A stretch of DNA of 63,563 nt, the filler included, from Ginglymostoma cirratum (lineage: Eukaryota), in assembly GCA_024137785.1 (NCBI GenBank). It is 3 parts of 3 records of this genome, joined end to end, with 100 filler letters (N's around TTAATTAATTAA, not from the genome) between each part and the next. Parts side by side here need not be neighbours in the genome. Positions count along the whole stretch, not along the records: positions 1 to 30,152 come from JAHRHZ010000085.1; positions 30,253 to 61,043 come from JAHRHZ010000075.1; 1 more part is not named here. One strand, written 5' to 3'. Made by a program: the position numbers and the translations under genes. Of the stretch, positions 23,725-37,100 are shown piece by piece (position 1 is the first letter of the stretch; each line of letters starts with the position of its first letter). Below the pieces are notes generated by a model. It saw only the letters and a program-made list of their open reading frames with translations. It was not told the DNA's origin and searched no databases.

Positions 23725-24550
23725 AGTTCGAAGGATAACAATTTGAATTTATATCGCATCGTAAAAATCACAGGGCTGAAAACAAGGTAAATATTGACTC
23801 AAACTTCGTATCAGTCCCGTATTTCACTTGCATTTAAAAATGTAATTGATGACATGTATGCAGTATGTTGCCATTTTCCCAAGTTGTTGATATGTTTGGA
23901 ACCTCCTGTCATTAAAAGTCCGTTGCAGCAGTGTGGAAAGTTATTAGGACCATAAATAAGGCATATCGGGATACACCTTTCCCTTACGAGATGCATCAAT
24001 GGCAAGATGCTTCAATTAATGATGAGGAGCACATGATTTAGAGGGGTTTGAGGAATTTCATTTCACACAATGAGTTGTGAGTATCTTGAGCTAACGGTCT
24101 AAAAGATCAACAGACATGGGAAATCTCAAGACATTTCAGAAAAATTTAGGTGAGTACTTGAAACCATGTAGCATACAAGGATACAGGCCAAGTGCTGAGA
24201 AATGTGATTTCAGTAAGTCAATGCTCAATGACCAGCACGGACACATTGGCCAAAAGGCAGCTTTCCACGCAGTTAAAAAAAAATCGTGACTCTGAATCTC
24301 ACATCAGCTTGTTTATTGTTTAGGTTTGGGATTGTTCTGTTCACTTCTACCGGGAGATCAACACATCATGGCTCATGTTACCATTCAAGGGCAGTTTCAT
24401 CAACAAACATCACACTCAAGTGAACACTCCGACCTCCACCAGCTATGGCTCTGTGATGAGGTGTCAGATTTTTTGATGCTGTGTGTAATTTATTTAAGAA
24501 TGTGATCAAAACTGTAATGATGAGAAATGAAAGTAAGCCGGTCGAATAAA
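23725..24550. repeat. Diverged direct duplication, partner at about 28545-29370
   Basis: Colinear similarity over about 830 bp, e.g. ggcagtttcatcaacaaacatcacactcaagt is identical in both. Confidence 0.9.
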
Positions 24551-24714
24551 CCCAACTCATACTTGTTAATATGACATTTTTTCCTGTACATTTTATTATT
24601 GTACACATTTTACCACTCCTCAAGCTGGACATTCACCAAAGGTGAACATGGTGTGAGAAATATTTCTTAGATACCAGAAAGCCAATTGTTTCTGGGGACC
24701 AGGATTTGAATCCC

Positions 24715-27700
24715 ATGTTGCCTCCCAGGTGCACGGGTCAGGGATGTCTCAGACCGGCTGCAGAACATTCTGAAGGGGGAGGGCGAACAGCCAGTTGTCG
24801 TAGTGCATATAGGCACCAATGATATAGGTAGAAAACGGGATGAGGTCCGACAAGCAGAATTTAGGGAGGTAGGAGCCAAGTTAAAAAGTAGGACCTCAAA
24901 GGTAGTAATCTCAGGATTTCTACCAGGGCCACGTGCTAGTCAGAGCAGAAATGAAAGAATAGTTAGGATGAATGCGTGGCTTGAGGCATGGTGCAGGAGA
25001 GAGGTCTTCAGATTTTTGGGACATTGGGAACGGTTCTGGGGAAGGTGGGACTATTACAAATTGGACGGTCTATACCTTGGCCAGACTGGAATAAAAGTCC
25101 TTGGGGGTGCTTTTGCTAACGCTGTGGGGGAGGGCTTAAACTAATGTGGCAGTGGGATGGGAACCAAATATTGGACACGTTATTGGACAGAAAGGAGGTA
25201 GTAACTAAAGCCTGTAGGGAACTAGATAATGGAGTCAGCGAGACTAAAGGGAAGAGTAGGCAGGGAGCAGATGATGAACACGAAGGGACAGGTGGTCTGA
25301 GGTGCATTTGTTTTAATGCGAGAAATGTAGTAGATAAGGCAGATGAACTTAATGCTTGGATCGGTACCTGGGAGTGTGATGTTATTGCGATTACTGAGAC
25401 TTGGTTGCGAGAAGGGCATGATTGGCAACTAGAAGTCTCAGGATATCGATGCTTCAGGCGAGACAGAGAGGGGGGTAAAAGGGGTGGAGGAGTTGCATTA
25501 CTGGTCAAAGACGATACCACAGTTGTAATGAAGGAGGGCACTATGGAGGACTCGAGCAATGAGGCAATATGGGTAGAACTCAGAAATAGGAAGGGTGCAG
25601 TAACAATGTTGGGGCTGCACTGCAGGCCTCCCAACAGCGAGCGTGAGATAGAGGTACAAATATTTAAACAGATTACGGAAAGGTGTAGGAGCAACAGGGT
25701 GGTGGTGATGGAAGATTTTAATTTTCCCAACATTGACTGGAATTCACTTAGTGTTAGGAGCCAAGATGGAGCAGAATTCGTAAGGAGCATCCAGAAGTGT
25801 TTTCTGGAGCAATATGTACGTATTCCAACTCGGGAAGGGCCATACTGGACTTGGTGTTGGGGAATGAGCCCGGCCAGGTGGTTGAAATTGCAGTAGGGGA
25901 CTACTTTGGAAATAGTGACCACAATTCTCTAAGTTTTACAATACTCATGGACAAAGATGAGAGTGGTCCTCAAGGAAGAGTTCTAAACTGGGGGAAGGCC
26001 AACTATACCAAAATTCGGCAGGATCAGGGGAATATAGATTGGGAGAAACTGTTTGAAGGGAAATCCACATGTGATATGTGGGAGGCTTTTAAAGAGAGGT
26101 TGATTAGAGCGCAGGAAAGACATGTTCCTGTGAAAATGAGGGATAGTAATGGCAAGGTTAGGGAACCATGGATGACAGGTAAAATTGTGAGACTAGCTAA
26201 GAGAAAAAAGGAAGCATACATAAGGTCTAGGCGACTGAAGACAGACGAAGCTTTGAAAGAATATCGGGAATGTAGGGCGAATCTGAAACGAGGAATTAAG
26301 AGGGCTAAAATGGGACATGAGAGATCTTTAGCAAACATGGTTAAGGAAAATCCGAAAGCCTTTTATTCATACATAAAGAGCAAGAGGGTGACTAGAGAAA
26401 GGATTGGCCCACTTAAGGACAAAGAAGGAAAGTTATGCATTGAGTCAGAGAAAATGGGTGACATTCTTAACGAGTACTTTGCGTCGGTATTCACCAAGGA
26501 GAGGGACATGATGGATGTTGAAGTTAGGGATCGATGTTTGATTATTCCAGGTCAAGTCGGCATAAGGAGGGAGGGAGCGTTGGGTATCCTAAAAGGCATT
26601 AAGGTGGACAAGTCCCCAGGTCCTGATGGGATCTATCCCAGGTTATTGAGGCAAGCGAGAGAGGAAATAATCGGGGCTTTAACAGATATCTTTGCAGCAA
26701 CCTTAAAAACCAGTGAGGTCCCGGAGGACTGGAGAATTGTTAATGTTGTCCCCTTGTTTAAGAAGGGTAGCAGGGATAATCCAGGTAATTATCGACCGGT
26801 GAGCCTGACGTTAGTGGAAGGGAAGCTGCTGGAGAAGATACTGAAGGATAGGACCTATTCTCATTTGGAAGAAAATGGGCTTATCAGTGATAGACAACAT
26901 GGTTTTGTGCAGGGAAGGTCAGGTCTGACCAACTTAATAGGATTCTTTGAGGACGTGACAAAGTTGATTGATGAGGGAAAGGCTGTAGATGTCATATACG
27001 TGGACTTCAGTGAGGCGTTTGATAAGGTTCCCCATGGCAGGCTGATGGAGAAAGTGAAGTCGCATGAGGTCCAGGTTGTGCTAGCTAGATGGATAAAAAA
27101 AAAAACTGGCTCATCAACAGGAGACAGAGAGTAGCAGTGGAAGGGGGTTTCTCAAATTGGAGACCCGTGACCAGTGGTGATCCACAGGGATCTGTGCTGG
27201 GACCAATGTTGTTTGTGATATACATAAATGATTTGGAGGAAGGTATAGGTGATCTGATTCGCAAGTTTGCAGATGACACGAAGATTGGTGGAGTAGCAGA
27301 TAGTGAAGGGGACTATCAGAGATTAAAGAAGAATATAGATAGATTGGAGAGTTGGGCAGATAAATGGCAGATGGATTTCAAACCGGGCAAATACGAGGTG
27401 ATGCATTTTGGAAGATCTAATTCAAGAGCAAACTATACAGTAAATGGAAAAGTCCTGGGGAAAATTGATGTACAGAGAGATCTGGGTGTTCAGGTCCATT
27501 GTTCCCTGAAGGTGGCAACGCAGGTCAATAGAGTGGTCAGGAAGGCATACGGCATGGTTTCCTTCATCGGACAGGGTATTGAGTACAAGATTTGGCAGGT
27601 CATGTTACAGTTGTATAAGGCTTTGGTTCAGCCACATTCAGAGGACTGCGTACAGTACTGGTCGCCACATTACCAAAAGGATGTGGATGCTTTGGAGAGG

Positions 27701-28189
27701 GTAGAGAGGAGGTTCACCAGGATGTTTCCTGGTCTGGAGAGCGCTAGCTATGAAGAAAGGTTGAGTAGACTAGGATTATTTTCATTAGAAAGACAGAGAT
27801 TGAAGGGGGACCTGACTAAGGTCTTCAAAATCATGAGGGGTATAGACAAGGTGGATAGCAAAAAGCTTTTTCCCAGTGTGGGGAACACAATTACTAGGGG
27901 TCATGAGTTCAAAGTGAGAGGAGGAAAGTTTACGGGAGATCTGCGTGGAAAGTTTTTTACACAGAAGGTGGTGGGTGCCTGGAACACGTTGCCAGTGGAG
28001 GTGGCAGATGCAGACACGTTAGGGTCTTTTAAGATGTATCTGGACAGGTACATGGATGGACAGGGACCAAAGGGATACAGACCCTTAGAAAATAGATGAC
28101 AGGTTTAGACAGGGGATCTCGATCGGCGCAAGCTTGGAGGGCCGAAGGACCTGTTCCCGTGCTGTAATTTTCTTTGTTCTTTGTTCTTT
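24715..28189 (+). mobile_element. 5'-truncated CR1 LINE (ORF1 SGNH-esterase end plus APE-RT ORF2), two frameshifts
   Basis: ORF1 HIGTND...DGL(Y)L; ORF2 CFNARN, ITETW, WVELRN, DFN, SDH, KSPGPDG, NYRPVSL, QHGF, DF..AFD, QGSVLGP, FADD; 3' tail (tttgttc)n. Frameshifts near 25835 and at the A-run 27095-27105. Confidence 0.95.
25144..28099 (+). pseudogene. CR1 ORF2 endonuclease/reverse transcriptase split into three frames (25144-25896, 25797-27134, 27089-28099)
   Basis: ORF-track segments join as PTREG/AILDLV and ARWI/KNWLINRRQRV. Confidence 0.9.
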
Positions 28190-28465
28190 GATGGCAGATG
28201 GTGGAATTTGAATTCAATAAAACAATCTGTAATTCAGAGTCTAATGGTGACCATGAGACCATTGTACAATTGTCAGGAACAGTCCATCTGGTTTACTTAT
28301 GTCTTTTAGGGAATAAAATGACCATCTTTACCTGGGCTGGCCTATATGTGACTCCAGACCCACAAGAATGAGGTTGATTCTTATCTGCCTTCTGGGCAAC
28401 TAGGGATGGGCAATAAATGCCAGCTTAGCCTGTGATGTGTCATCCGATCAAGGAATAGAAAAACA
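28190..28465 (+). mobile_element. tRNA-derived SINE interrupted by the CR1 (5' part at about 24665-24714); another copy at about 8770-9050
   Basis: B-box-like ggatttgaatccc lies left of the CR1 and the continuation atggcagatggtggaatttgaattc lies right of it; tail gggcaactagggatgggcaataaatgc. Confidence 0.7.
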
Positions 28466-30152
28466 AAATTCCTTTAAAAACATAATTGTTTACTTTGGTG
28501 ATACTATTATTGAGCATCTAATGTCAGATGGCTTAAGCTATTAAAAGTTCAAAGGATAACAACTTGAATTCATATCGCACCTTTGATATCACAGGGATGG
28601 AATCAAGGTAAATATTGAATCAAACTATCCATCAGCCCCACACTTCTGTTGCATTTGAAAATGAAATTAATTACATATATCCAGTGTCTTGCCATTTTCC
28701 CAAGTTTTTAATTTATTTGAAACCTCATCACATCAAACATCCATTGCAGCAGTGCGTCCAGTTATAAGGAACATAGACAGAACAGATTGGGATAAACATT
28801 TCCCCTCAGTACAGGCATCAATAATAAAAGGCACACTTTTAAGGTGAGGAGTAGGTGGTTTAGAGGTGTTTGAGGAATTTTATTTCACCTAGGCTGTTTT
28901 GGGTACCTTGAACTAACTGTCTAAAAGAGCAATAGTGATGGGAAACCTCAAAACATTTCAGGAAAATTTAGTTGAATGGTTGAAACCATGTTGAATATAA
29001 GATGACAGGACAAATACTGGGAAATGGGATTAGAATAAATTGATGCTTGATAACCAATACAGACACAATGGCCTACAGGCAGATTTCCTTGCAGTCAAAA
29101 ACCTCTGTGAGTCTCACATCAGCATGTTTATTGTTCATTGTTTAGGTTTGTGATTGTAACGTCCACATCCACTGCGAGATCATCACATCATGGTTCATGT
29201 TACCGCTCAAAGGCAGTTTCATCAACAAACATCACACTCAAGTAAACACTCCAACCTCCACCAGCTGTGGCTCAGCGAAGTAGGGATCAGATTTCTGATA
29301 CGATGTGTAATTTATTTCATAATGTGATCAAAAATATAACAATGAGAAATGAAATTAAGTCACACGAATATTAGCAAAAATGTTGAATTGTGACTTTGTC
29401 AATTTTTAACTTTTTGATCATATTTCATTTTTCAAAATTAGTAACTTTTATTCTTAAGAATGCTGAACCATAAGGGGAGGTATGTATATATCCAGAATTT
29501 CAGTCCCAGCAATTCAAACCGAGGCAGGATGTGGTGATGTATCTCAATTTTAGTAAAAGTGAAAATGTCAAATTAGTGCTAGGTCATTCAGGTCAAAATC
29601 AGTCATGATGGTAGTGGTCGAGAGTAACAAATGCATCAGAGCTAAGCATAGTCGGTGGGTAAGTTGTTATGCGGATAGGTTGATGAGGAGCAGTGACAGG
29701 TGGTATCTGGATGAGAGTGGAAGATGGGTTGGATGGGGTCATATGTCTAGGCCTGTGGTGGGAGTGTTAGATACCTATATGTAGTGCTTCATTCTTTTGG
29801 GTGAGTTAAACAGATCTGGTAAGACGGAGCTGTCTGTCCTGGTGGGATGGGGTCTGTTAAACAGGAGTCAGGGTTTTAAATAGACAGGAGTTCCAGTAAG
29901 TTTTATTCTGATACTTTTTTTCCCCCTTGTAACACACAGAAACAGAGAATGTAGGACCAGGTGTGGGCCATTCGGCTCTTCGAGCCCAGTCGATTCTATA
30001 CGATCCTTTCTGATCATCTAATTCAATCCCCTGTTCCTGCTTTCTGCCTATATAAGATGATCCGTTAAGAGCTATATCTAAGGTAACAAGCATGGGGCTG
30101 GATGAACACAGCAGGTCAAGCAGCATCATAGGAGCAGGAAAACTTGACGCAC

Positions 30153-30252
30153 NNNNNNNNNNNNNNNNNNNNNNNNNNNNNNNNNNNNNNNNNNNNTTAA
30201 TTAATTAANNNNNNNNNNNNNNNNNNNNNNNNNNNNNNNNNNNNNNNNNNNN
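30153..30252. other. Artificial contig spacer
   Basis: 44 N + TTAATTAATTAA (stops in all six frames) + 44 N. Confidence 0.95.
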
Positions 30253-30950
30253 ATTGTTTTTCTAGTTGACTCTCAGCAGTTGGTTTCTCCTGCTTTGCCA
30301 ATGTTTGGTCATCCTTTGTTGAATTCTTACATGACTCTGAATTCTCAGTTTTACCACCCTTTTTGGCAATATTCTAAGTGTGTTTCTTTTAATCTAATGT
30401 TGTCTTTAACATCTCTAGTTAATCTGCTGTACTATTTTTCCAATGGAAAATATTTCAAGGAATTCATTGAGAATTATTAAATTATTATATTTTGTTTCTT
30501 TAAATGTTGGCCTTTGTTTATGTATCATACCTTTTAATCCAACTTTCTTACTGACCTCAATTTGAAATTTCTGCAATTTGCTTGTAAAAATGAAAAACAC
30601 TAGTTCTGGATTAAACCAGACAACTTTCACATTTAATACAAAATTTTATTCTGTTATGATCATTCTTTCCTAGAGGATCCTTTATTCCAAGATCATGATT
30701 TAATCTTGTATAATGGTGTAACACCAATTCTAAAATAACCCATTCCATCATTGATTTCTTGTCATACTTTCCGAGAAAATTGTCATGCGTAAATTTATGA
30801 ATTAATCCTCCAAGTCACTTCGCCAGTATGGTTTGCCCAGTCTGTCCAAAGATTAAAATGATTATTGCATTCCCCTTGTTAAATGCTCCTCTAATTTTCA
30901 CAATCATATTCTGTCCATGACTGTAATTACTGTTTGGGGGTCTATAAACT
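30253..30950 (-). mobile_element. Degenerate CR1 endonuclease-region fragment
   Basis: VVYRPPNSN remnant in ORF 30815..31012. Confidence 0.6.
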
Positions 30951-31510
30951 ACTTTAAGACCAGGAGTGCCTGTACACACTTGCTCTTTACATCTGCAGAT
31001 GCAAAATACCAACTGTAGTAAAGGACAACGAACACATGTGATTGAAAAGCAGTTTCAGGTGATGAGGTTCTGGAGAAAGGTCATGACCTGAAACATTAAC
31101 ATTGTTTCTTTCTCCAAAGATAGCACCAGACCTGCTGAGTATTTCCAGCATTTTCTGTTTTTATTTCAGCAGAGGAGGGCCTTAAAATAAACTCATGTGA
31201 TAATAAGGATTCATTTGCTCATGGTGCGCTGATGTTCCGTTAATGCACAAAAAAACCACAATATCTTAGAAACCACAATCAATACTCTTTAATGTCTGCC
31301 CTACATTTCACCCCTAACGTAATGAGAATTCAAAGCTAGGTTCAACAGTTTTGAATGTATTTAGAGTTGAGTCCTGGGAATTATTATTTAAGGTACACAA
31401 GCTGGAAACTTGATAAAAATGGGAAGCCTCACAAAAATGTCACACTCACTGTATCTAAACTTTCTAAGAAAGTTTGATAGGTACCAGCCAGGAGCAGAAA
31501 TATGACTGAG

Positions 31511-31602
31511 AGAGATAAAAGGTACTGCAGATGCTGGAGAATCCGAGATAACAAGCATGGGGCTGGATGAACACAGCAGGTCAAGCAGCATCATAGGAGC
31601 AG
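31511..31602 (-). mobile_element. Penelope-derived arm of the same young subfamily as 17631/18062; another copy at about 30085-30150 is cut by the gap
   Basis: Near-identical string taacaagcatggggctggatgaacacagcaggtcaagcagcatcataggagcagg. Confidence 0.75.
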
Positions 31603-32779
31603 GCTGACAGCTCCCATTCTCTAGAACCATGACCATTGGACTACCATCAACCCCTCTGCAGTTTTGGTGTACAACCCAAGCTTAGATTGAATCGAGGATT
31701 TTCTTGGTTGATGGTTCAATTCCACAATGGTAATCATAGTAACCACAAAGCCAGAAGGATTTCTATGTCTGAATACATCAACTAAATTGTTCCAAACATT
31801 TTTCAAATGCAGCTGGTGAGAGGTCAAAGCTGCCTTAAACCACACACTCTGCATTTTAGGCATGGAACAATCACAAATTGTTTGATTTAAATATTTTTAC
31901 AATTTCGCATCACCTAATACCACAACTTTTCCTTATAAGCATTAGTCAATTCTTCATGGCTCTAGTTGTTTGTAGTTTTTTTTGCTTTTTGATATTTTAA
32001 TTTTAAAACAATAAATAGCTTGAATATTATAGCTATCTGTTTTCAAAGCGAGTGATTTGTATAACATGTTCCATTTATAAAACTATTCTGCAGTCATTCA
32101 TTAAGTATCCTCAATTTAGAAAATGATTAAATGAATGATATTTCATATTTGCAACAAATGTTACATCAGAATGTGAGGTTGTAATTTTTTAAACAAAAGT
32201 CTACACTATTACACCAGGAAATATTACATAATAAAATGTTTTCTGTATCTGCAGCAAGATATTGCAATGTGGTGGCAAACGGTCTAGAATTGACAGGTGT
32301 GGATTCATCAAAAAGTAGATGTTAAATTATTCACTTTCAGCATTCCTTACTTGTTACAAGTGCAGTATAGAACAGCACCAACTGTCTGTTTATATGCCAC
32401 ATTTTTTTTGAAGTACTGTTATTACAACCGTAGACAATTAAAGAGAATTCACGCTGCTTCATAAGCATTAAGCGAGCTTTCCTGAGTATTATGGGATAGA
32501 AATTCATCTTGGGGAGGATAGATTGCTTTGGCCGCCTCTTATGTGTCCCCCTCGATATCCAGACCTTTAATATTAATATTAAATATTCAACTGCCTGTTC
32601 CACCGAGATGACTTACTACCCAAGTTTTTTTTTATTGACTGTAAGTGCACGGTTACATTCAAAATTTGCTATTTTATTTGGGGAATTATTACTGAGATAC
32701 GTAACACTTGTCTGTGAATAACACATCAGAACTTTGAGGCAGATAAAGTCAATGCCAGCTTATCTGGAGTGTTGCCCCT

Positions 32780-34166
32780 TGTGTTGTCAGTGGCATTGTG
32801 TAGATGGACCCGAGTTGGCAGCAACGGGTGTTACTTTCTTCCTGCTTGTGGAGCAGGTGGCAGAGCCCAGCAGGTGGGGACTGAGAGCCTGGCTCTGCCA
32901 GGGGCAAAGTCTTGCCCTGCCAGGCGGGGCGAGTGCAGCCTCCTGTGCGTACAGAGAGCCGGCGCTGACGGCAAAAAGAAAACACCCACCCCGAGTTACA
33001 GCCCTTTCCAGCAGAAAGAATAAACCAGTGTCAGCCTTTGCAGTGAATGCACCTAGACGGTATCCTCCAATGTGGCCCATACTATTGAGGTACTGTGCAA
33101 ATAATATGCATGTTCTACATAAGTGAAGAAAATATGAGCAGATACGGTTTGTTGGTGGGGGGGGGAAGTGTAGGTATCAATTGAAGTTTCATTTTTAAAA
33201 ACCATGAAAAATTTAAAATCAGAACGGGAAATGTAGCATGGACGCAGCTGTGTTTCGTATGGTTTAGCTGTAGCTGAATGTGAGGAGAAAGGGGGGGGGG
33301 GGGTGTGGAGAGAGAGAGAGTCAAGCTAACAGCCTGGAAAGCAGCCAGCAGAAGGGGATTATGATGCAGATCTCAGAGTAGCTGGATTCTGGAAGTGCCG
33401 TTCTAATAGCAGATCGCGATAAGACACAGAGAGAGAGAGAGGGAGGGAGAGGAGCTGGAGCAGATGGCAGCGGAGGGAAGTGTTTGAGCCGAAGGCAGCA
33501 GCAGCCCTTTTCCCCCAACAGAGAGCTCTCGGCGGCAGGGATCAGGCTCCACACACACACACACACACAGACAGAGAGAAGCAGGAGACACTCTCATTGT
33601 TAACATATACTTGACCCCCCCTGACCCCTTCACGACACAGATGTCTGCTCTACCTCTTTCAACTCTCCCTGGTGGAAACCCCACCTACTCTGCACCTGGG
33701 CAGTGAGGAACCAGCTCCAGCGTCCAGGCTGCGTTTACACACACAGAGAGCTCTCTCTCTCTCTCTCGCTGCCTGTGCTCTCACTTCAAAACTGCGAGCT
33801 GCTGAACACATCCCACCGAGGGCAGGCTGCCTGGACTTAGTCTTCTCACGTCGTGATCCTGGTGGCTTGCAAGCGTTTTAAAGGAAGTGACTTTTTTCTA
33901 AAAAAAATTATATTTTTCTATCTCAAGAGAGGCAAAAACAGTTTGCTTTTCTCCTTATCTCTGAAGTTTGCAATTGCCCTGTTGTTGGGGAGATCAAAAG
34001 TTTGTCTTCACTTTGGCGCTGAGCTTTCTCATGTGGACGGATCTGCCAGGCTGCAGGGAGAAACTTTCATCCTTCCCCTCTTGTTTTTTTTTTGTGTGGC
34101 TGAACTCTGGAACTTCTATAACTCAATAAAGCAGGCGAATGGTTGGAATCTCTGGATCTTGTCAAA
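32780..34166 (+). promoter_or_regulatory. Putative promoter and non-coding first exon of an unidentified plus-strand gene
   Basis: GC/CpG-enriched, transposon-free block with a GC box (ggcggggcg, about 32923), poly-G and GA/CA/CT microsatellites, ending at consensus donor caaa|GTAAGT (34167) followed by AT-rich intron-like DNA. Confidence 0.55.
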
Positions 34167-37100
34167 GTAAGTATGATTTGCAACGTTTGCCCTGGTATTG
34201 CTGATATTCTTCACCCTCCCCCACCACCGTGCTAATTTGGTACTCCTGGTTAAGCGAGGCTAGTGGATTTTTCAGCTATGACATTTTGTTCTAATCAAAT
34301 CTCATCAGCGTATTTGCATAAATGTGTTTTAACGTATGAGCTCATTGTTTGCAAGTTTATAGTTTACCCAGTTATTTGAAGAAAGTGACATAAGACACCA
34401 GCTACATTGGTTGTAACTTTGAATTAGTGTTGAAAAGCTTTCATAGTCAGAATTGTGCACTTTTAGATTAATTACTTTCAACAATTGGGGTCCTTACTTG
34501 ACCTTTGTCCTTCTGTCAAGACAGTGTCTCATTCATGTTTGAATTTTCAAAAAAACCCAGAAAATCCACTTGCTTGGAAGAGTGATATAAGAATCTATTA
34601 ATTTGTTTGATCTTGAGAGTGATTTGATCTATTAACTACTATTTAACTTTATTGTTGTTGGGTTTTTGATGGTCTATTTTCAGCACATAATCCTGTTATC
34701 TAGGAAGCTTTACATCTGGCTTTGTTTTGGAACTGCTACGATTATGTGATCTAGCAATAAGAGAAAGGGGCAGGAGGGGAAATGGCTCAACCTGGAGAGA
34801 GTTTCAGGGCAGTCAGCTTTGACCACCCTTTCCTGTCAAATCCTGTTTTCCCCTTACACAAGAGATGCATTCTAAATGCAGAGTGTTCAATGCAAAGCCC
34901 AATTCATTAAGATTCTTAGTGACTGCATCACTTGTGAGCAGCTTAAACTGAAAGAAAGTTAGCATCTGCAGTTTTGCATTTGAAAACATTAGCTGTCACA
35001 ATTGACAGTTTCATCTTTTTGATTTACTTTCATGATTTTCCCAATGCAGTTCATTAATGGAGATCCTTTGGTTGTTAAATGGAAGGTTAATATATTGTTT
35101 TGAGCTTTGGATTTCAATTAAAAAGCTTGGTCTTTGTTCTGTGGGAACTTGTCATGTGCTGTGATCAAGATGCCTTATCAGTTAAATAAAAGGTGACTTA
35201 AGAACTTGCATGTTTGAGAGACCTAGTTCTCATGATTGCTAGCAGGTGATGTATGCGGATAAGCTGTTGATGTTGTGGTTTGGCAAAATGTTTGTACAAA
35301 TTGATATGCATATTCGTATTAATGGACATTACATGTTTCATTTACACTTTAGGATAAACAGCATAAAATTTAAATATGAGGAATATTTATTTTGAAATTC
35401 ACATTCAGCTCATCTTGGTTTGGTTTAATCAAAGTGATTCAATTAAATTTGATTAAATGTATGTACTACAATTCACCTATTTAACAATTTTCTTATATAT
35501 ATTAGTACTGTAATTGTTTTATATCCAAGTGCATTTTGAGTGGTGTTGGAATAGGAAACTGGTTTCCCACTTGTCGCATCCAGAAGCATTTCGGTGAAGT
35601 TTGTTTCTGTTTCTTTGGGTGACAGGATAACTGTGGGTCTCCGTGACAAAAAATAAGAGTTTTGTTTTCCAGAAAACAAGTTCAAAATTGAATTGATTAT
35701 AAATGTTGCTGTTTTAACTATATTTAGTTTCATAAATAGTGTACATTCTTTAAAAATCAAATTTGATTGTGTCCAAAAGTGTGAAAAATTTCACACTGAA
35801 TTATGACAGATCTGACAATAATTTGGTCATCTTAATTGTTCCAACTTCAGGAAACACTAACATATGGGACACAAATCTTGACTTACTGGTGCCAATGTTA
35901 TACTGGCCTTTCCTTTAGTGTGAGAGGCTGTGAAATAAATTACACACTACGCAGTAATTGCAGGAGAATTCACTTTTGTTTTACCCTAAATTTGTGAATT
36001 AGACAAAATGTTATGCTAGATATCAGTAATTAATGCACCAAACACTATTGTTTGGAGAAAGTTACATTACTGCTTTTTTTTAACCTTAAGAAGAAAGTAA
36101 CATTTCCAGACCTTCCTACATTCTGTTTTGGATCCATTGACATGAGCTGTAGTTTGCTGGAAGTCTGGCTGTGCCATATAACACTGAACAGAATTTTGAT
36201 ATATGTAAATACTGCATGTTATAAGAGTACAATGATGTCATTGGATCTAGAATTTACAATAGAAAGAAGGAACAGCATCCCCTAGTGAAAATACACTGTT
36301 GGAATTAGAGCTTCTTCAGAACACAGCAATATAACATTTGTTTCGAGTTGATATTTGTGAATAAACCATTTGACATTTAACACATTTTTGGAAAGCTATC
36401 ACTTCAACAAGTTCCCGCTACCTCAATAACCATATAAGTTTGGTATCTCTATGGAATCTGTGAAGTAGATCTAGTATGCAACTCAGAGTTCTAATCAATA
36501 AATAAATTGTACACTCAGAAATTAGCAGTGATTGTTGTTTAAGTTTTAATATGTTGTTGTAAATTATATCTAATTTGCACAATTTTACTTTTTCAAAGTA
36601 AAGGAAATTAACAAAAATATTAAAATGCTAAACTATTTAATATTACTACATTATTCCAATTTTATAATTATTTTACTACCTTATTAACAGCACGTTGGTT
36701 AGGTTTGAAATTTGGTGGTCACTTAATTGAGGGGCATCAGTTTAATTTGTTACGGATAATTGAATATACAGAGTGTCAAGTAGGGTTATTTAGATGGTGT
36801 ACAACCAGAACAAGTCACTTTGTCCAACTTCAGTAGCCATCTGCAAGTGCAGAGGGCTTGCACCTGTCAGTCCTCTCTAATTATAGTTTGGGGTCAAAGA
36901 AATGAAATCTGAGTCATTTCTGTCGATGATTACTTTAACAGTCCTAGAAAATGATTATTTGTGATCAGCATGTTTATATGCCACAACGAAATCAATGTAA
37001 CCGTATGATAACTACATTAATATTTTTAATGCTCATTCCATTTTGAGGTTAATGTTTTTCGCAATACACACAAAAGCTTCTTATAGTAAAAGCTGCTGCT

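Noticed and set aside
30197-30208. TTAATTAATTAA palindrome (also at 61088-61099)
   Set aside because: Centred in fixed-length N runs; an assembly linker, not biology.
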